Shown: positions 58,503-64,000 of the stretch, piece after piece
Layout of the letters: each line of letters starts with the position of its first letter
Position numbering within the stretch: position 1 is the stretch's first letter
NCBI GenBank assembly: GCA_965208545.1
Contig: OZ242341.1
Location: 2,399,380-2,463,379, forward strand
DNA length: 64,000 bases
Reading direction: 5' to 3'
From: Candidatus Poriferisocius sp.
GTDB lineage: Bacteria > Actinomycetota > Acidimicrobiia > Acidimicrobiales > Bin134
Position numbers and translations under genes: made by a program
Notes under the pieces: generated by a model
Database searches by the model: none
Told to the model about the DNA's origin: nothing
What the model saw: only the letters and a program-made list of their open reading frames with translations

Positions 58503-59684
58503 GTGGCAAAATTCGACATGGCCGCAACGCGAGATCAGATCCGAGTCATCGACGTCGATACCCACCTGACTGAACCCCACGACCTGTGGAGCAGCCGGGC
58601 GCCCGCGGACTACGTCGACCGCCTGCCGAGGGTGGCCGATGTGGACGGGCGGCCCCACTGGATCCTCGACGGAGAGCCCCTGGGATTCGCCACCGCCAGC
58701 GGGGTGGTGCGCCCCGACGGCAGCAAAGCGCTGGGCACCGACTTCATGGGCTGGACCATCGACGAAGTCCATCCCGGCGCATACGACATGGACGCCCGGG
58801 TGGAGGTCATGGACCAGGTCGGCATTCACGCCCAGATCATCTACCCAAACCTGGCCGGCTTCGGCAGCCAGAAGTTCGGCCAGATCGAGGATGTGGAGCT
58901 CAAGCGCCTGTGCGTGTCGGTGTACAACGACGCCATGGCCGAGATCCAAGAGAACTCAGGAGAGCGCCTGTTCCCGATGGGGCTGATCCCGTGGTGGGAC
59001 ATCGAGGGTTCGCTGGCCGAGGCCGAGCGCATCGTGGACTTGGGCTTGCGAGGGATCGTGATGTGCAGCGATCCCCAGCTCCGAGGTCTGCCCGATCTGG
59101 GCGAGGAGCCGTGGCGACCGCTGTGGGAGTTCTGCTGCGACCACGAGCTGCCGGTGAACTTCCACATCGGGGCCAGCGAGAGCTCGATGGGCTGGTTCGG
59201 CACCTCGCCATGGCCCTCGCAGGGCGACGACGAGAAGCTGGCCATCGGCTCGGCCATGATGTATCTGACCAACGCCCGGGTGCTGGCCAACCTGATCTTC
59301 TCCGGTGTGCTGGAACGCCATCCGACGCTCAAGATCGTGTCGGTAGAATCGGGAGTCGGCTGGATCCCGTTCGTGCTGGAGTCGCTCGACTACCAGATGG
59401 AGCAGCTGCGCACCGACGTGCAGGCCCAGTTCAGCCTGAGCCCCAGCGAGTACTTCCGCCGCCAGATGTACGGCTGTTTCTGGTTCGAGGACCTGTCCCC
59501 CGACAAACTCATCAACCAAGTGGGTCCCGACAACGTGCTGTTCGAGACCGACTTCCCCCACCCCACCTGCCTGTACCCCTTCGGTTTAGACCAAGCCACC
59601 GATGCGTTGAGCGATGTGGGCGAGGACGTGGCCCGCAAGGTGCTCCAGGACAACGCCGCCGAGCTCTACAAGATCGCGGTCTAA
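58503..59684 (+). CDS. Amidohydrolase family protein (amidohydrolase_2)
   Basis: It has VIDVDTHLTEP (HxH-like metal site), NFHIG, and LFETDFPHPTC. It is a paralog of the gene at 9107..10285. Confidence 0.75.
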   Translation: MAKFDMAATRDQIRVIDVDTHLTEPHDLWSSRAPADYVDRLPRVADVDGRPHWILDGEPLGFATASGVVRPDGSKALGTDFMGWTIDEVHPGAYDMDARVEVMDQVGIHAQIIYPNLAGFGSQKFGQIEDVELKRLCVSVYNDAMAEIQENSGERLFPMGLIPWWDIEGSLAEAERIVDLGLRGIVMCSDPQLRGLPDLGEEPWRPLWEFCCDHELPVNFHIGASESSMGWFGTSPWPSQGDDEKLAIGSAMMYLTNARVLANLIFSGVLERHPTLKIVSVESGVGWIPFVLESLDYQMEQLRTDVQAQFSLSPSEYFRRQMYGCFWFEDLSPDKLINQVGPDNVLFETDFPHPTCLYPFGLDQATDALSDVGEDVARKVLQDNAAELYKIAV

Positions 59685-59687
59685 GCC

Positions 59688-60428
59688 CTAGAGGTCTTCG
59701 TAGTCGATCCGGTCGCTGCGAGCCGGTTGTCGGCCGGTGCGGAACGGGGACAGCGGGGCGTCCACTAGGAGGAACCGGTGCCAGCCCTGTACCAGGTCGT
59801 CCACCGCGGCCCGCCACCGGAGCAAGCCCTGATCAGTGCCCTGGGCCTTCTCGAATTCGGCCCAGGCCTCCCAGGTGGGAATGGCCCACAGCAAAAAGGC
59901 CTCGTTGTCGGCCACCATGGCCGTCTCCCATGCTCCGGCCAGCTCCCAGCCGAAAGGCTCATAGGCGGCGATGGCGTCGGTTCGCACCCGCTCTAAGAAC
60001 TCGGCTGACGCCCCCTGCTTGAGGCTCACCTGCTCGTGGGCGTAGCACTCGCCGGTCATCCCGTCGGCGCACAACTCCTCGATGGTCCGGGTCCACGGCG
60101 CGGGCACCAGCAAGCGGTCGGTGCCCGAGCGCCGGTAGTTGGCCGCCTGCGCCCACCACTTGGCCAGCTTGGGGTCTTGGGCCCCGGCGCCCTGGCATTC
60201 GAGGCGGAACGAGGTGGCCATGCCGTCCCAGCCGTCCTCCTCCCACAGATTCAGCACCTGCGGCCAGCCCCTGGTGGTGCCGACGATGGCCCACACCCCG
60301 TAGCAGAGCTGGTCGCGCTCGTCTTGGGCGATGGGCGACCAGTTGGCCGTCATGTGGTGCATGTAGTTGGCCCGGTGATGGCCGATGATGTCGATGAACT
60401 CGTGGATGTAGAGCTTCTCGTTGGCCAC
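59688..60428 (-). CDS. Hypothetical protein, possibly a tandem NIPSNAP-like alpha+beta domain protein
   Basis: The ORF has clean GC-rich codon usage, and its two halves share a ...G.W......NE...LW..P.W..W..FE pattern. I cannot assign a family with confidence. Confidence 0.5.
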   Translation of the reverse strand: MANEKLYIHEFIDIIGHHRANYMHHMTANWSPIAQDERDQLCYGVWAIVGTTRGWPQVLNLWEEDGWDGMATSFRLECQGAGAQDPKLAKWWAQAANYRRSGTDRLLVPAPWTRTIEELCADGMTGECYAHEQVSLKQGASAEFLERVRTDAIAAYEPFGWELAGAWETAMVADNEAFLLWAIPTWEAWAEFEKAQGTDQGLLRWRAAVDDLVQGWHRFLLVDAPLSPFRTGRQPARSDRIDYEDL

Positions 60429-60430
60429 GG

Positions 60431-61243
60431 TCAGCCCTTGTCGCCGCGGTCAAAATCGGGTGTGCGCTTGTTCAAGAAGGCGTCCACCGCCTCCCGGTGG
60501 TCGTCGGTGTCGAAGGTGATGGCCTCCAGCGCGAAGGCCAGGTCGTAGAGGCGGTTGACCCGGTCTTCCAGCTCCTTGTTGCACAGCCGCTTGTTGAACT
60601 CGATGGCATGGCGGGGTCCGGCGGCCAGCCGCTGGGCCATGGCGGAGGCCGACACCAGCACTTCGTCGGCCGGCACCACGTGATTTACCAACCCGTAGCG
60701 CTCGGCCTGGTCGGCGTCCAACAGGTCGCCGGTCATGAGCAGCTCCTTGGCCCGGTTGAGCCCCACCAACAGCGGCCACAGCACCGCTCCCCCATCGCCG
60801 GCTACCAACCCGGCATTCACATGGGGGTCGCCGATTCGGGCCGCATCGCTCATGTAGACGATGTCGCAGAACAGAGCCAGCGACGCCCCCAGCCCGATGG
60901 CGTGGCCGTTTACCGCGGCCACCATGGGCTGGCGGACCCGAAGCGCCCCCCGGGCAATGTCGATGCCGTCGTCGAGCAGGTCGGGACGGCCCTCGGGATA
61001 GCCGGTTTCCAGATTCTCCTCCATGACCGCAAAATCGGCCCCTACGCAAAACGACCGGCCTGCCCCGGTGAGGACCACCGCCCGCACGTCAGCGTCCTCT
61101 GCAATGCGGCGGTACAGGTCCCGCAGGTCCAGGTGCATTTGCTTGTTGAGGCCGTTGCCTCGATCAGGACGATTCAACGTGGCGGTGAGCACCCCGCCTT
61201 CTAGCCCGGTGGCGATGGTCTCCAATCCATAGCGGTCAGTCAT
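60431..61243 (-). CDS. Enoyl-CoA hydratase/isomerase (crotonase) family
   Basis: It has VVLTGAGRSFCVGADF and AAVNGHAIGLGASLAL.CD, which form the oxyanion-hole motifs. Confidence 0.88.
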   Translation of the reverse strand: MTDRYGLETIATGLEGGVLTATLNRPDRGNGLNKQMHLDLRDLYRRIAEDADVRAVVLTGAGRSFCVGADFAVMEENLETGYPEGRPDLLDDGIDIARGALRVRQPMVAAVNGHAIGLGASLALFCDIVYMSDAARIGDPHVNAGLVAGDGGAVLWPLLVGLNRAKELLMTGDLLDADQAERYGLVNHVVPADEVLVSASAMAQRLAAGPRHAIEFNKRLCNKELEDRVNRLYDLAFALEAITFDTDDHREAVDAFLNKRTPDFDRGDKG

Positions 61244-61309
61244 AGGGGTAGCTTGGCACTTCGGTGGTCGGGTGGTGGATTTCAGGTCAGGTGGGGAATG
61301 CTTGGAGCC

Positions 61310-62299
61310 ATGAGAGCTTGGGTGGTTGAAGGTACGGGGGCGCCAAGTGAGGTACTGCGGCTGATCGACAAGCCCGTGCCCGATGCTCGGGAAGGGGCAT
61401 TTCTGATGGAGGTGGGCGCGGTGGGTGTCGGCCTGCCCGACGTCTTCATGTGCAAAGGGACATATCCGCTCGCTCCGAAGGAAGGATCGTTCACCTCAGG
61501 CCAAGAGGTGTGCGGGACGGTGGTCCAGGCGGGCGACGGGGTGGAATTGGAGCCCGGTCAGCGGGTGATGACCGTCACCTCCTTCCAAACCGGCGACGGC
61601 GGATTTGCCGAACAGTGCCTAGGGCTGGGCCACTCGTGGTTCACCGTGCCCGACTCCATGGACGACGCCGCCGCAGCCGGTTTCCTGATCCCCTACCACA
61701 CCGCCTGGATCGGCCTGGTGCGACGGGGCGGATTGGCGGCAGCCGAGACCTTGCTGGTGCTAGGCGCAGCGGGCGGCACCGGGGCGGCGGCCTGCTCGCT
61801 GGGCGCCGCGCTAGGCGCGAGGGTGATCGCCGTGGCCGGAGGGCCGGAGCGGTGCGAGGCGGCGGCATCATTCGGTGCCCACCAGACGGTGGACCATCGA
61901 GAAGGCGACATCGCCGCCGCGGTCATGGAGCTGACCGACGGACGGGGGGTGGATGTGGTGTATGACCCTGTGGGGGGCGACGCCTATACCGCCGCCACCC
62001 GATGCGTGGCCCGCGACGCTCGCATCGTGCTCATTGGCTTCGCCAGCGGCGAGTGGGCGCCGGTGAACGTCCGCCACGTGGTGCAGCGCAACTACTCGGT
62101 GGTGGGGGCCATCCCCGCCCGCTACAGCCGTGAGGAGCGCCTGGACGACCACCGCGAGCTCAGCGCGTTGTGGGATGCGGGCAGTATCAACTCGGTGGTC
62201 ACGTCCTCCTATCGGTTCGAAGAACTTCCCGAGGCTATGAGGGCCCTGGAGTCCAGAGAGGTGATCGGCCGGGTTGTTCTCGACCTATCGTCGGGCTGA
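61310..62299 (+). CDS. NADPH:quinone oxidoreductase / MDR family
   Basis: ATG 61310 opens MRAWVVEGTGAPSEVLRL, and it has VLGAAGGTGAAACSLG. It is a paralog of the gene at 7986..9017. Confidence 0.8.
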   Translation: MRAWVVEGTGAPSEVLRLIDKPVPDAREGAFLMEVGAVGVGLPDVFMCKGTYPLAPKEGSFTSGQEVCGTVVQAGDGVELEPGQRVMTVTSFQTGDGGFAEQCLGLGHSWFTVPDSMDDAAAAGFLIPYHTAWIGLVRRGGLAAAETLLVLGAAGGTGAAACSLGAALGARVIAVAGGPERCEAAASFGAHQTVDHREGDIAAAVMELTDGRGVDVVYDPVGGDAYTAATRCVARDARIVLIGFASGEWAPVNVRHVVQRNYSVVGAIPARYSREERLDDHRELSALWDAGSINSVVTSSYRFEELPEAMRALESREVIGRVVLDLSSG

Positions 62300-62355
62300 G
62301 CCTGCCAATAAACCGGCGAGTAGTCTGCGGGCGCAGCGACAGAGGGAGGAGCGTC

Positions 62356-63549
62356 GTGGAGTTCGCCATTTTCTTGCAGGGATCACCTCGCCGGGGTGGG
62401 GCCCGGAGCCCCTACTGGGAGCATCAGGCCTTTGAGAACGAGCTGGAGATGGTGCGGGTCGCCGACCAGCACAACTGGAAGTACATCTGGGTGAGCGAGC
62501 ACCACTTCCTGGAGGACTATTCCCACACCTCGGCCAGCGAAGTGTTCATGGCCTATTCCTTCGCCCAGACCTCTCAGATCCACATGGGATCGGGCATCTT
62601 CAATCTAAACCCCATCGTGAACCATCCCCTCAAGCTGGCCGAGCGGGTGGCCATGCTCGACCACATGAGCAAGGGCCGCTTCGAGTTCGGCACCGGCCGG
62701 GGGGCGGGCAGCCACGAGATCGGCGGCTTCGGCATCGACCCGTCGGAGACCAAGGCCAACTGGGACGAAGTGATCTGGGAATTCAAGAAGATATGGGGCA
62801 GCACCGCCTACTCCCACCCCGACGGCACCGCCTTCCAGACCCCCGAGACCGGCACCTGGGGCACGTTCAACGTGCTGCCCAAGCCCTATTGCCACTCCCA
62901 CCCGCCCATGTGGGTGGCGGCGGGCAACACCCCCACCTATGAGAAGGCCGCTCGCCACGGCCTCGGGGTGCTGGGTTTCAACGTGTCGGCCATCTACGAC
63001 ATGGCCCCCCACGTGGAGGCCTACAAGAACGCCATCCCCCAGGCCGAGCCGGCCGGCGAGTATGTGAACGACAACGTGATGATCGCCAATGGCCTGGTGT
63101 GCCTGGAAGACGGCCAGGAGGCCCGCCGGGTGGTGTGCGAGCAGATGCAGCTCAGCTACCTCCAGTCGCTGGTGTTCAAGTACCACGACACCTTCCCCAA
63201 GCCTGAGGGCCTGCCGGTATACCCCGAGTTGGTCCCCGAGCCGACCATCGAAGACGTGGAGGAGCGCATCGCCGCGGGGTTCCTGCTGTGCGGTGACCCC
63301 GACGAGGTGCTGGAACAGGTGAAGCGCTATGACGAGATCGGCTGCGACCAGGTGTCGTTCGGCCTCCCCATCCAGCTAGACCACGAGGTCTGCCTGGAGA
63401 CCATCCGGCTGTTCGGCACCCATGTGATCCCCAAGCTGGACAAAGACCCGCTGCACCGCAGCACCCGCCAGCGGATCGAGCACGGCGGCCCGCTGGAGAT
63501 GACTCCCGACCCGCTCTATGACGTTCCCCGAGCTGAGGAATTCAAGTAA
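62356..63549 (+). CDS. LLM-class (luciferase-like) flavin-dependent oxidoreductase
   Basis: GTG 62356 follows agggagga. It has VSEHHF...YS, and GRFEFGTGRGAG. The track ORF 62170..63549 begins inside the previous gene. Confidence 0.8.
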   Translation: MEFAIFLQGSPRRGGARSPYWEHQAFENELEMVRVADQHNWKYIWVSEHHFLEDYSHTSASEVFMAYSFAQTSQIHMGSGIFNLNPIVNHPLKLAERVAMLDHMSKGRFEFGTGRGAGSHEIGGFGIDPSETKANWDEVIWEFKKIWGSTAYSHPDGTAFQTPETGTWGTFNVLPKPYCHSHPPMWVAAGNTPTYEKAARHGLGVLGFNVSAIYDMAPHVEAYKNAIPQAEPAGEYVNDNVMIANGLVCLEDGQEARRVVCEQMQLSYLQSLVFKYHDTFPKPEGLPVYPELVPEPTIEDVEERIAAGFLLCGDPDEVLEQVKRYDEIGCDQVSFGLPIQLDHEVCLETIRLFGTHVIPKLDKDPLHRSTRQRIEHGGPLEMTPDPLYDVPRAEEFK

Positions 63550-63557
63550 TCGGCTAG

Positions 63558-64000
63558 ATGAGCGACGACGGCCCAGACATTCTGGGAGCAAGAAGCGACC
63601 GATCCGAGCTGCGAGAACCGCTGGCCAGGTGGCTGGCCGATCGGCTCGGCGCTCAGAATGTGGACATCGGGCCCTTCGAGGTGCCGTCGGGGGGCTACTC
63701 AGCAGAGACTCTGCTGTTCGATGCTGACGTAAATCGGGGAGCCGGCCCGGAGGTCGAGCGCTATGTGCTCCGCCGGGAGCTGCCCGAGCCGCCGGTGTAC
63801 CCCCAGCAGGCGCCGGGCGAGCTGGACGTGGAGGTGGACATCCAGTACCGGGTCATGTCGGCGGTGGCCAACCACAGCGACGCCCCCATCGCCCCACAGG
63901 TGGGGTACGAAGCTGATGATTCGGTGCTAGGCGGGCCGTTCTTCGTGATGGGATTCATCGGCGGGGATGTTCCCCGGGAGGACCCCATCTACACCAGTGC
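63558..64000 (+). CDS. Phosphotransferase (APH/choline kinase-like) family protein; 3' end outside the window
   Basis: My translation reads MSDDGPDILGARSDRSELREPLARWLADRLGAQNVDIGPFEVPSGGYSAETLLFDA...YVLRRELP...GGPFFVMGFIGGDVP. This is typical of the N-lobe of actinobacterial APH-like kinases found near acyl-CoA dehydrogenase genes. Confidence 0.65.
   Translation, partial: MSDDGPDILGARSDRSELREPLARWLADRLGAQNVDIGPFEVPSGGYSAETLLFDADVNRGAGPEVERYVLRRELPEPPVYPQQAPGELDVEVDIQYRVMSAVANHSDAPIAPQVGYEADDSVLGGPFFVMGFIGGDVPREDPIYTS

Noticed and set aside
58586-60022. 478-aa plus-strand ORF
   Set aside because: It is an alternate frame of the amidohydrolase gene and antisense to the next gene. Its product is extremely Arg/Pro/Gly-rich.

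Overview
The window is a GC-rich chromosomal segment, almost certainly from an actinobacterium. The evidence is a mycothiol-type DinB/TIGR03084 enzyme, the era/recO/uppS and glyQS...dnaG neighbourhoods, and many acyl-CoA genes. I cannot name the organism. About 58 coding regions are supportable. Housekeeping genes: valS, modABC, class Ia nrdAB, dnaG, glyQS, recO, uppS, dinG, era, smpB, ssrA (tmRNA), phoH-ybeY-corC, engB and psuKG. Catabolic genes: SDRs, MDR oxidoreductases, amidohydrolases, an acyl-CoA dehydrogenase, ligase, transferase and hydratase, and an LLM oxygenase. Many long ORFs in the track are antisense or alternate-frame artefacts of the high GC, and I rejected them. I found no CRISPR array, rRNA, tRNA, transposase or integrase. 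The most unusual signals are: (1) a roughly 5 kb lower-GC block starting at the base after the tmRNA CCA end, which encodes only regulators: three MarR paralogs plus one 794-aa GAF-PAS-kinase-REC-OmpR polypeptide. (2) A lipoprotein/OmpR-regulator/kinase module in which about 120 bp (gene end plus terminator hairpin) is duplicated, so the kinase ends with a tail copied from the lipoprotein. (3) A LivH-LivM-LivF triple-fusion ABC importer with no LivG, next to an Asp/His-repeat binding protein. (4) A short pyruvate phosphate dikinase lacking the ATP-grasp domain, wedged between glyQS and dnaG. All calls come from reading translations and the sequence by eye. No searches or computations were run. 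Coordinates of non-ORF features may be off by 1-2 nt.
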